NCBI GenBank assembly: GCA_964016885.1
Contig: OZ024743.1
Location: forward strand, 308,512,001-308,576,000
Direction of reading: 5' to 3'
DNA: 64,000 bases
DNA from: Eledone cirrhosa
Lineage: Eukaryota
The position numbers and the translations under genes were made by a program. This document shows, one piece after another, positions 36,698 through 54,839 of the stretch (positions within the stretch are counted from its first letter, which is position 1; each line of letters starts with the position of its first letter). The notes below the pieces were generated by a model. The model was not told the origin of the DNA. It did no database searches and saw only the letters and a program-made list of their open reading frames with translations.

Positions 36698-37303
36698 GTG
36701 GCTGCCAACTCGTTTTCGAGTACGGCCACTACTTTATATCCATGTAGGAGAACCCCTACCGAAGCGCTGAACGAGTGTGACTTTTTAGTCCAGCCAGCGA
36801 CTTGAAAACTCTGGTACAAACACTACACTTGTGACAATTATTGACACAGTGCTGGGCCCATGGTACCATGTGAGGACAAGTGCAGAGAGATCTCCAGATA
36901 TAAAGCAATGCCTGTGCCGTGAAGCTTTTAAAGTGAGCAAAGGCACTGCACAAAGCCAGTCCCACTCTCTTAACCAAGATGATATTTACCAAAAAGAAGA
37001 ACAAGTCAACATCATTGGATACCATCAGGGTTGCAGGTGTTATATCAGAGTTTTCCTTCTCCTAGAATTCTGCCTTGACAAAGGCTAAGGGGTCATCTCT
37101 CCCGGTGATTTTGGATGGCCATTGACTCTTAAGAGCTCCTTTGCCCTTTGACAGGTTTTGTTTTTAGTCCTGCAGGATGTCCAAAGTCACCCTCCTCACC
37201 AAGAAACCTTAGTGGGGTTGCCAGTTTAGTCGCCAACGACCCGACCATGAGACAGGTTGTACTGGGATACATGTTACCAGTAGCACCAAGTGGTGACCTA
37301 GTG
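36698..37303 (-). mobile_element. ~600-bp non-autonomous RTE-derived retroposon (5'UTR-like part plus C-terminal zinc finger and 3'UTR), inserted in (TA)n
   Basis: Contains CTAGGAGAAGGAAAACTCTGA, the frame [20 protein letters not shown] and the 3' hairpin GTGGC-CGTA-CTCGAAAACGAG-TTGGCA-GCCAC. Near-identical copies at 47301-48678. Confidence 0.75.
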
Positions 37304-37304
37304 G

Positions 37305-40496
<3,192 letters not shown>

Positions 40497-40497
<1 letters not shown>

Positions 40498-42567
40498 CTA
40501 TCTATCTAAGGCGGGTAAAATTCCCGAGATCCATGGACGAGTTCTCTCCAGCGGTCTCTGTCCCTCATTATCGCTGCCATATCCTGCATCTCCAACAGAC
40601 CAGTGTCTGTCCTTAGGGCATCAACATATGTTAACCTTGGTCTTCCTCTTCTAGTGTGTCCATGTAGGGGCTCCCAAAGGAGCACTGAGTGCAATGTCAA
40701 CTCTGCATGTCGGTGAGCATGTCCAGCCAACCTCAGTCTTCTCTTGTGTCACTTTTGAGCTGACTTTTGGGATGCTCCCATACAGCTCTGAGTTTTTCAT
40801 CCTCAGTGTATACTGATTAATGTTCAGAGCCATCCTCAGCATTCTCGTGTAGCACCCATCCACCATCTGAGTGAGTCTCTTGGTCAGTGTCCAAGTCTCA
40901 GACCCATACAGCAGCACAGACTCCACTACAGCAATGAAGAGGCGGACCTTCAGGTCTCTACGAAGGTCCGACTTCCACACCGATCCCAAGCCGTGACATG
41001 CCGCCCAGGCCTTGCTCTTCCTCTCAACCACATCATCTTCCGTATTCCCAATCTTTGCTCCGAAATACAGGAAGTCCTCAACCAATTCCAGCGGCTTACC
41101 ACCTACATTAGTGATCCCCTCTGGCTTCTCAACATTCTCTACCAGATATTTTGTTTTAGTCTCATTCATTCTCAGCCCCACACTCATCGACACAGTCTCA
41201 ACCTCTCGCATCAAATCCTCTGCCTCCTTCACTGTATTTGTCACCAAAACTATGTCGTCGGCAAATTCAGCATCCGATACCTTTTTCGCCCCAACTCTCC
41301 TGCTCTGAGCCGGTGCTACAGTAAAGCCAGAGTCCTGGTGTTTCTCCAGTGCAAGGCGCATACAATAGTCCACTACGATGATAAAAAGGTAGGGAGCCAA
41401 TGTATCTCCCTGGAGCACTCCAGCCAGTATCTCAAAGAACTCTGTTCTCCCATCAGGTGTAATGACTTGGGCTTTGGTGTTGGTGTAGAGCAGTGATATC
41501 AGGTCCACTATCCTCTTGGGGATTCCATAAGCCTGTAAGATCTTCATCAGGCAGTAACGGTCCACAGAATCAAAGGCCTTCCTAAAGTCAATGAAAACCA
41601 TGACCGCAGGAAGGCACTTTGCTCTAGCTCCCTCTAATATCCTCCTCAGCATCAGGATGTGACTGGTGGTTGATCTACCCTCTCTGAAGCCGTTCTGGTT
41701 GTCCCTGAGCTTCTTCTCCATCTCAGGCTGGATCCTGTTAAGAATCATCCTGTTGAGGGTCTTTGCCACAAGTGACGTCAGTGAGATCCCCCCGGTAGTT
41801 GTTGGTGTTAGAGAGATCTCCCTTCTTTGGCACTGGGACGATGTTACTGATCCTCCACTGATTCGGGCAACTCCTTTCTCCAGTGCCCCGTTACAGAACC
41901 CCAGGATGATATCATCAAAATCACACCTCTTCATCACCTCTGATGCCACTCCATCTTCTCCATGAGCCTTGCCCTCCTTGATCTTCTTCTTGGCTCTCTG
42001 AAGCTCCTCTCTGGTGAAGGGCTCTGTCTCAACATCCAGTTCCCCAAACAGCCGCCTGATCTCCCCAGTGCTCTGGGCTGTGGAGGGTGGCTCTCCTAGT
42101 AGGGTCCTAAAATGGTCTAGCCATTTCCTCTTCCTATCCTCGGGCCCCCGTTTCCTGGATCTGACTCGAACACCTTTTCTTCCTCCCTGTGATCTCGTTG
42201 ATGATCATCCAGCTCTCCTACATCCAGATCTGTCAACCGCTCTCTCCACACTTCTGATCTTCTCTATCAGTGCCTCCTCTCTGACCTCAGTGTAAGCGGT
42301 ACAGAGCTCTTCCCTCATCACCCCCCACAGTCCTCCATCCTCTCCTCCGTAGGATCAGCATAGAATTGGTCCCTGGCAGCTTTCAGGTGTTCTCTGGCTG
42401 CACACACTTTTGGGTTTGCAGAGCTGACGTGCTTCCCTTTGTTCTTTTTCCTCGGCACCAGGGTTCACTTGCTTTCGCCACTGCATTGGTGAAGTGCCCG
42501 TACCTCCTCGTCACACTCTCCTCAGGTCCATCCAATCTCTCTCTCCTCTGACTCTCCACACAGAGCA
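40497..42567 (-). mobile_element. 5'-truncated RTE-clade LINE with reverse transcriptase domain, (TAGA)n tail
   Basis: GISLTSLVAK, NQNGFREGRST, FIDFRKAFDSV, GVLQGDTLAPYLF, FADD, LLYGSETWTLT and GRPRLTY; a few frameshifts; flanked by TA arrays. Confidence 0.95.
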
Positions 42568-42607
42568 CTAAACCTGGTTTCTCACTTCCACTGTGAATAG
42601 ATAATAA

Positions 42608-45690
<3,083 letters not shown>

Positions 45691-45692
45691 TT

Positions 45693-47298
45693 ATCATCAT
45701 CATCATCATCATCATCATCACCGTTTTACGTCCGTTCTTCCACGCTAGCATGGGTTAGACGGGTTGTCCTGTTGTGGGCAGTGTCTGGTCGGCTGACCAT
45801 GCCTTGCTCATACAGGAACTGATCTGGCTTGATTTCTACAGCTGGATGCCCTTCCTAACACCAACCTCATTTACAGTGAGTGCTGGGTGCTTTTTCGTGG
45901 CGCCTACACGTCCACTTTACAGTGTGGGCTGGGTGCTTTTTTGCCGTGGCACCTCCACGACCACCTTGCGGTGGGGGGGGGGGGGGGCATATTGTTTATA
46001 TGCTTCAGCATGTACCCATGGGAGGTCGGGTACCCTGTATTACTGCGTGACGCCAGAAGTCACGGTCGTGTGTCATTGACTTTGAGAGGTGTAGTTGGGT
46101 AAGGTCGGCTTTTATCACCTCATCCCAAGTCATCTTGGGTCTCCCCACTCCGCGGTTTCCATCAACTTCTAGTGCTCTGCACCTTTTTATGCAGCTGTCA
46201 TCCTTCATACGCATCACATGTCCATACCAGCGTAACCGCCTCTCCTGCACGCAGCATTTGATTCCTCTTATGCTCAGTCTCTCTCTCAATTCATTTATGC
46301 TTTGTCGTTCACGTATATTACTGTTACACATCCATCGGAGCATGCAGGCTTCGTTTCTCTCTAATCTACGTAAGTCTTCCACCTTCAGCGCCCAGGTCTC
46401 ACTACCATGCAACATCGCTGTTCGGATACACGCATCATACAGTCTGCCTTTCATTCTGAGGGAGAAGCCTTTTGCAGCTAGCAGTGGTAGTAGTTCCCTA
46501 AACTTCTTCCATCCCGTTCTTACCCTAGTTATTGTACTTTCTGAGCACCCACCTCCGTTGCTAATTCGGTCACCTAGGTAGCAGAAGCTGTCTACTGTTT
46601 CTACAGGGCCCTCCAGAGATTGGTGGTACTTGTTTCCTGTGGCTGTTTGCTTGCTGTTTCAGCACAGCTGCTGCATGTGAATCCTACATTCTTAATTAAG
46701 CTTCCTGAGATCCCGCTACATCTCTTGTGTACCCATTGTTTGCATTTGGGGCAAAGAATGGAGTTCCTACCTACACCTTTCCTACATACTGAGCAAGGCC
46801 ATTTCCCTGAGGGGATCTGGGTTCTGTTTTCTCGTCTACTTATAAGGACCTTAGTCTTTGTCATGTTGACTTTGAGGCCCTTTCTCTCTAGTCCCCTGCT
46901 TCCAGGTTTGGAATTTATTCTCTAGTTCTACCATAGATTCAGCTATGAGTGCGAGGTCATCAGCATACAGGAGTTCCCATGGGCATCCGGTCTTAAACTC
47001 CTCCGTTATTGCCTGCAGGACTATGATGAACAGGAGAGGGCTAAGAACAGAGCCCTGGTGGACCCCAACCTGTACGCTAAATTCCTCGCTATACTCATTG
47101 CCAATCCTAACTTTGCTGACTGCTCCCCTATACATGGCTTGTACCGCTTTCACAAGCCATTCATCTACTCCTAGTTTTCTAAGAGCCCACCAGATTACTG
47201 CACGTGGAACTCTGTCAAAGGCTTTCTCAAGGTCGACAAATGCCAAGTAGAGTGGCTTACTTTTAGCTAGGTACTTTTCCTGTAATTGCCTCACAAGG
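45693..47298 (-). mobile_element. 5'-truncated RTE-like LINE (second family): RT, PHD-like Cys cluster, 3'UTR and (GAT)n tail
   Basis: FVDLEKAFDRVPR, GVHQGSVLSPLLF, LLYADD, WPCSVCRKGVGRNSILCPKCKQWVHKRC, MLHGSETW, RRLRWYGHV and GRPKMTW; frameshifted. Confidence 0.93.
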
Positions 47299-47300
47299 AT

Positions 47301-48678
47301 ATGTCAGGTCACCACTTGGTGCTACTGGTAACATGTATCCCAGTACAACCTGTCTCATGGTCGGGTCGTTGGCGACTAAACTGGCAACCCCACCAAGGTT
47401 TCTTGGTGAGGAGGGTGACTTTGGACATCCTGCAGGACTAAAAACAAAACCTGTCAAAGGGCAAAGGAGCTCTTAAGAGTCAATGGCCATCCAAAATCAC
47501 TGGGAGAGATGACCCCTTAGCCTTTGTCAAGGCAGAATTCTAGGAGAAGGAAAACTCTGATATAACACCTGCAACCCTGATGGTATCCAATGATGTTGAC
47601 TTGTTCTTCTTTTTGGTAAATATCATCTTGGTTAAGAGAGTGGACTGGCTTTATGCAGTGCCTTTGCTCACTATAAATGCTTCACGGCACAGGCATTGCT
47701 TTGTATCTGGAGATCTCTCTCCACTTGTCGTCACATGGTACCAAAGGTAAAGCACTATGTGTCAATAATTGTCACAAGTGTAGTGTTTGTACCAGAGTTT
47801 TCAAGTCGCTGGCTGGACTAAAAAGTCACACTCGTTCAGCGCATCGGTAGGGGTTCTCCTACATGGATATAAAGTAGTGGCCGTACTCGAAAACGAGTTG
47901 GCAGCCACCACCATATATATATATGTTATGTCAGGTCACCAGTTGGTGCTACTGGCAACATGTATCCCAGTACAACCTGTCTCATTGTCGGGTTGTTGGC
48001 GACTAAACTGGCAACCCCACCAATGTTTCTTTGGACATCCCGCTGGACTAAAAACAAAACCTGTCAAAGGGCAAAGGAACTCTTAGAGCCAATGGCCATC
48101 CAAAATCACCGGGAGAGATGACCCCTTAGCCTTTGTCAAGGCAGAATTCTAGGAGAAGGAAAACTCTGATATAACACCTGCAACTCTGATGGTATCCAAT
48201 GATGTTGACTTGTTCTTCTTTTTGGTAAATATCATCTTGGTTAAGAGAGTGGGACTGGCTTTGTGCAGTGCCTTTGCTCACTATAAAAGCTTCACGGCAC
48301 AGGCATTGCTTTATATCTGGAGATCTCTCTGCACTTGACGTTACATGGTACCATGGGCCCAGCACTATGTGTCAATAATTGTCACAAGTGTAGTGTTTGT
48401 ACCAGAGTTTTCAAGTCGCTGGCTGGACTAAAAAGTCACACTCGTTCAGCGCATCGGTAGGGGTTCTCCTACATGGATATAAAGTAGTGGCCGTACTCGA
48501 AAACGAGTTGGCAGCCACCATATATATATATGTATGTACCAGTTGGTGCTACTGGAAACATGTATCCCAGTGCAACCTGTCTTATGGTAGGGTCGTTGGC
48601 AACCCCACCAAGAAACCTTGGTGAGGAGGGTGACTTTGGACATCCTGCAGGACTAAAAACAAGACCTGTCAAAGGGCA
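47301..48678 (+). mobile_element. Head-to-tail array of the ~600-bp RTE-derived element: copies at 47301-47911, 47928-48519 and a partial copy at 48538-48678
   Basis: Period 627 bp between the two atgtcaggtcacc starts; short (TA)n spacers; reverse complement of 36698-37303. Confidence 0.88.
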
Positions 48679-49210
48679 TGAGAGTATTTTGGTCAGCCTA
48701 TGAACTTTTCAGCCGACTCTCGTATATTTCTGATAGTAACATGTGTCCAACATAAATAACAAAACATTTCTTTCACTTAAAGTTGATTAGTAAATCATCT
48801 CTTTTAGTAATTATGGCTGGAGTTCACCTGCTTTATGTGGCTACAATTTATGACAGAATAAGATTTATATCTGAACATAAATCATCCTGCTTTGCTATAT
48901 GGCACGGGGCTGTCTCTCACAAAGCCTCATTCTAAGCATGGGGAATTAATGATATGTATGTTTGGTAGTTAACGTAATTTTAATTTATCATATTCTTGCC
49001 CTGATAAATATATATAGCCTGTATTCAATACATGCGTACGAGTATCCTCCACTACCAGATAACTCCTCCTCCGCTTCTGGATCCCAGTTGGCAGGATAGA
49101 GAATGCATTGTAACGGAGGACGAAGAGGGAAACGGCCCTTCTACCTCGCTGGGCTCGCATCTGTGGACGGCCAACCCCGTAAGAAAAAGAAAGAAATCAT
49201 ATTCTCTAAA

Positions 49211-49713
49211 AGTTAGGTGTTATTATAGAAAGACATTCCCACCGATTTCAGTGGGGAATAATATTTTTCTTCGTTTCTTTTCTTTTTTTATATGCTATCA
49301 ATTAAACTTATCTCGTAATATGGGGCAAAGGACTATTTTCTCCGGGAAAAAAGGAGAGGCAAGAGGAGATGGACCCTCGGACTTCTCCCTCCCCAAACAG
49401 CGGAGTTTTCTTTACAGTTTAAAAAAATTTTTTTTTTTCTTGTGTGCTACCAACTCATCTTACCCTCGAGCATGCTGTAAAGGAATTTTTCCTGGGAAAA
49501 TGGAGTGTGTGTGTGGACACACACACACACACACAACGACGACGACGACGACGATAGCCCTGGGATCTCCCCCTCACCCCAAGTTTTCTTGAACCCCTAA
49601 CCCAAATCCAAACCCGGAGGATTTACACCATATTAGGAGGTAAGTTTAATTGATAGCACAATTCATTTCCCACTGAAATCGATGGGGGGGGGGGTCTATA
49701 ATAATACCAAAAC
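49211..49713. mobile_element. ~500-bp non-autonomous DNA transposon with ~50-bp imperfect TIRs
   Basis: Left ggtgttattataga...cccaccgatttcagtgggga; right ttcccactgaaatcgatggg...tctataataatacc. Confidence 0.7.
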
Positions 49714-50228
49714 TTATCTTTTTTCAAAAGACTTTCCTACAATGTATATCTACGTTTCTTGTTCTTCTTCCTGAGAGGGTTATGGGGGTAGAATCCCCCA
49801 AAACTCCTTTCAGCGGGTCTTGTCAGATGCAACCGTCTCCAACTGATCCGGCTGGACCCCCAAGCTGGACCAGCCAAAGCTCATGGATGTTATCCAACAA
49901 TCTTGCTCAAGGTCTACCCCAGGGTCTCCTGCCGGTTGGTTTTGCCCGTAAAAACTATCCAGCGATTCTTTATTTTACTAAATTATAATTACTACTGGGG
50001 TAAGGGTAAACCTCTTTCGGTTACGAATGACCATGGGATTTGCACATAAAACTACGGGGAACCAGCAAATAAGTATTTTTCCTGTCTGTGACGTTTGATG
50101 GAGCTGGGCCTTACTGATGGTTGTTTTTCGTTTTTTTATTTTCTTCCTCCCGCGTTGATAATATATTTTTGTGCATTATCTTTGTATTGTGAATAAATAA
50201 ATTTTAACGGGCTTTATATATATATATA

Positions 50229-50507
50229 TATATTTTAAAAAAGGAAAAGAATGGCTTCACTTGTAGTTCTAAACAATTCAATTTAATAATATAATTTAAC
50301 AATTTGGTTTTGTAGATCTAGTAAGTTCTTTGTTAACTTCGGTGGGGAGATTTTTAAAGAAACCTGGTTAACTTTAAAAACCTCCCCACTGTAGTTAAAG
50401 AACTTACTAGATCTTCAAAACCAAATTGTAAAATTATAATATTATAAAATTAAATTAAATTGCTTAGAACTACAAGCGAAGTCATTCTTTTCCCTTTTTT
50501 AAATATA
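50229..50507. mobile_element. Fold-back MITE with ~130-bp inverted arms
   Basis: ggaaaagaatggcttcacttgtagttctaa...ggttttgtagatctagtaagttcttt...gtggggag mirrored by ctccccac...aaagaacttactagatcttcaaaacc...ttagaactacaagcgaagtcattcttttcc. Confidence 0.88.
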
Positions 50508-51326
50508 CCTAATTGTACCAAGGATTTCACACATTTTCCAATATATATATAAAGAAAGTTCTCCTCCGAGACACAAGTCTGGGTAAGTTGCTTTTGTGGA
50601 AGACAAGCAGTCACCCCTGCAGACCAGTCTCCCCTCTCCACACCACCGATGTTTTCCAAAGTTAATGCAATGGCTGATACAGCTTGGCACCAGTGACATC
50701 GCAACTCATTTCTACAGCCGAGTAAACTGGAAATAAAGTGTCTTGCTCAAGAACACAACGCATCACTCGGTACTAGATATATTTTCTCAGAAAATATATC
50801 CACGAGTATAACTACATATTCGTAAAAAAGAGGAAAGATGCTATCTTTCGGTTGCAACCCTGGTAGAAGCATCACTGTTTTTCACGAGATAGACATGAAT
50901 TATACTCAGAATACTCTGAGCTAGAACAGGCACTTCAAAGCATCCTGTCTAATGCTTTAACAATATTTTAACTCACCGTCCATAGACTTACAACCGAGAG
51001 CACCCCACCTTCTCTGGACCAGACGCCCGCCAGTCCATCGCAGGGTTAAAATCTCCAATTAAGTATTCATTTTCAGAGTATACCAGAACAATATGAAATG
51101 AAATGTTTTGCTCAAGGACACAACACACAACCCAGTGCAGGAACCGAACCCACGACATTATGATCGTAAGCCCAACACCCTTACCACTAGGCCCCGCACC
51201 TCCACAACTCATCCAACCCATGCTAGTAAAATGATGAAATATTCCAAATTAAGCCGTCAAAGTTGCCTAAAAGCAGGACCGCTCACGAACATTTCTTTTT
51301 TTACTGTTTAACCAGAATAGTGGGAA

Positions 51327-51634
51327 GTGCTGGGCTTACCTATAAGCTATAGCTTAGGGTCACACTACCTCGAGGGATTCAATGTAGCCAATACTGGACT
51401 TACCTATAAGCTAAATAAGCTATAGCTTAGGATCTAATTTTATAATTTTTTTTTTAATTTTATCATTAGTTTTTGTTCTTTAACACTAAATTATAACACA
51501 ATTATATATATATATATATATTATTTAATTGTGTAATAATTATTACATAACAATCATGTATAATTATTTTACCCGATGTTTTTTTTTATTTAGAGAAGGG
51601 CCTCAAATTTCATTTAGCTGGTAAAAGTCTGGCC
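51327..51634. mobile_element. Decayed hAT-like non-autonomous element
   Basis: Duplicated cttacctataagcta...taagctatagcttagg motif and a right end gggcctcaaattt...gtctggcc. Confidence 0.4.
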
Positions 51635-53008
51635 TTAGTGGGAAAGAGTGAAGAAAAAGAATATATCCTGCAATAGAATAGACTGCTAAAGATACCCAAA
51701 AGCCAGGTGGAGGTATTAAACTGGGCGATAGATTAAGTCTACTACCCATGTAGGTATCAGCAGATTTGAAATTGCTCCATTATCCATGCGATTAATTATT
51801 TCTTAGCTTAGAAATGAACTTACAAAATGTTTAACTGAATAATAACATAACCCACTTCCTTATGACCGTGTCAGTTCTCTTCAAGAAATAAATAAGGATA
51901 GAATTAAAAATTAAATTCTTCAATTAATACGAAGAAAGAAAAAATTCCAGAAAATATTCGGAATTTGTTTATACAGATCAATCAGGTATCGTTAATTTTT
52001 CATTTTATTATGCACGACGATTGCTTAAATTAAAAAAAAAAGGTACCTTGCTTTAAAATAGGAAATGAACCCTAATTAGAAGATAGTGGTCGTCTAGGTA
52101 ATAACTGTGGAAAGATCCTGTATCCAAAGTTACGCCCCTTTGCATCGTACTCTTCCAACAACTGAGGTAAATGGAGCACCGCCATGTTGTGTGGAAGGTG
52201 CGACAGTTAACCAGACGAAATCTATATTTTGCAGGATATTTCTTTTGTTGTGTATCATTATTGATGGAATACTCAGGGGAGATGTAAACATAGGTAAGTA
52301 AGTATTAACTGAAAAAAAAACCTTAAACTTATTCTATTCCTATAGTGATAAATTCACATCTATATGCCGGTAATCTGCTCGCTCTCTCCGTTTTTTTTTA
52401 TTTTTATCTTTCATCACTATACACGCCTTTCTTTCTCTGACTAAGGTCCCTGTCATTTATATCTCTCACCCACTTTTCTTTTTTCTCCTAACTCCCTACT
52501 GAGATATATTTCAATCTTTCACCAACAAACTTTTACCCATTGTGAAAGTAGATCGTTTGTGTTTTAGTAAAAAAAGAAAAAATGTATATATATATAATCA
52601 AAGTAAACATACCAACGACATTAGAAGTGTTCGTATGTAAACAAAACAATAAATATATAATATTTTAGAAAATAACCCCCTCAAACCCGACTCTGTTGCT
52701 TGTTTATGCATATGCACCGTAAATCTAAAGCAAAATACTTCCCCATTAATATATTAACTCGGTATTTCATTTTTATTATTACTTAAAGCTGTTAATATAT
52801 ATATACGATATAAAGGTATTGCTTTTCGCCGTTAGTAGATTACACACACACATATATATATATATATATAGTTTCTCATTTTTCCTTTGTGCCACTATAT
52901 AACTCTAAATCAACACGTACATATTATGGTAATAAAATATATTTGAGTATCATTGACAATAGATTTCGTTTTAAGAAAAATGAAAATATCTCGTCTGATT
53001 CATTGCGC

Positions 53009-53042
<34 letters not shown>

Positions 53043-53090
53043 GTATGTGTATATATGTATATACAGGCGTTAGGGTTCAGGTTCCCTCCT

Positions 53091-53132
<42 letters not shown>

Positions 53133-54839
53133 ACATCGAAGCTGAAACTGCTATAGGGTGTATATATATAAGCGAAACGTGCGAAATGAATCGGATGAGA
53201 TATTTTCATATTCTTCGAATGAGATCTATTGTCGTTGATACCCATATATATATATTAGTGAGTTAGGGTTAGTTTCCTTCTGCGATTCTTACTTTTAGAC
53301 TAGTGAGTGACCAGTTCCCCTTTTCTGCTCATATTGTTTTGTTTTTATATCCCTAGAATTAGAACAAATACTTCTAACACATCGCTTTAATATGCTATGT
53401 ATAAATAAAAAAAAAAAGGAAAACATTTCTAACCCATTGTTGGGTGTTTTTAAAAGAGACATAACGGGATACAATAAAAAAAAAAAAAAAAAATCTCCGT
53501 TACAAGAACAACAATCACAAACCAACGGAATATTATTAATTTTACGCAAGAGTGGTACAGTAGAATTGTTAGAGCGTTGGACAAAATGCTTTATAGTATT
53601 TTTAGTTCTTGCTCTAACTTTCTGTGTTCTAATCCCGCCAAGGTCGACTTTGTCTTTCATTCTTCCGGGATTTATAAAATAAAAAGTACCAGTCAAGCAC
53701 TAGGGTCATGTAGTCTAAATTAGAAACCACAATTTTATTTAAAAGGCTGTATTGGATATTACTCTTGCTTCTGTTATTGTTGTTGTTTATTGCGAACGAA
53801 ATCACTTGTACTTAAGTTCTTATCTCTTTTTCACAGAGAAGGGATAGATAGATAGAAAGGAGAGAGAGAGAGCACTTGTTACTTTTATGTCTCTCGCAAG
53901 TATTTTGACAACTTTTACTACATTTTACAAAATTCATTATCTGACAATTGCAGCACTTCATTAGGTAATTAAGGCATGTGCACATAGATAAAACAACGAA
54001 ACAACCCTACAGCTACACAAAAGAACACATCGTAATGATAAACAGGCATATGTCGAGAGAAATTAATTCATGTCAGAGAAGTGTGTGTGTGTGTATATAT
54101 ATATATATAACCCCCCTAGTTTACCCTTCTATATTTTACAAACAGAAGTTATACAATGATGGAAATATTAAAAAAAAAGATAAAGACTATATATATATAT
54201 ATACATATATACAAATAATTTATTTATTTATGTCTGTTCATACACAGAAAAAAAGCGCTATCTAAGGTTTCAAGGTCCAATTATGACCATCCCCCCTCCC
54301 CCCAGATTGTACGAGCGATCAAAATTATGACCAAGTCACCAGGCGATTTTTTAATTACATATACTTATTATTATTAGTTAACCAGTAATGCACTGGGTAA
54401 TTGCTGGCCTTGTGCCTAAAGTAGAAACAATTATTAGTTAAGTGATGTTTTCTTGTTAGCAACATCGAGTGCGTGTGTCTGTGTGTTTAATGTAATAAGT
54501 GTTGCAGGATAGCTTTATTTTTTTTGGGGACGAGTTCTTAGAGAACGCAACAAAATTAATTCTGTAAACGAATATATATATAAGTAAGCAGGATCGAAGT
54601 CAATATTGCACAATCTATATATAAACTTTATTGGCATATTCCAATCGTTTCAATATCGATCAGCTCAGGGTACAACCGTAATGACTGGAGCCCGACTCTA
54701 CCTCATCAGATATGAGATTTTATATGTACAAAACATTCAAACTGCAGTTTCTCTCTTACCTAACAAACACCCCATATATATATCCATCCCACACTCTTTA
54801 TGTATTGAGTACTTTGTAGTAAATTATGGGAGTCAAACA

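Noticed and set aside
47301-47410. Canonical HDV-like ribozyme in the leader of the 600-bp element
   Set aside because: CCAGT/ACTGG and CTAA resemble P2 and J4/2, but P3, L3 and P1 cannot be placed consistently. It is retained only as a structured leader.
49032-49592. 186-aa ORF with a GC-rich start, a possible donor near 49179 and an HDV-like CCTCGCTGG
   Set aside because: No recognisable domain, the ORF runs into a TIR element and microsatellite, and the P1/P2 pairings needed for an HDV fold are missing. An exon cannot be fully excluded.
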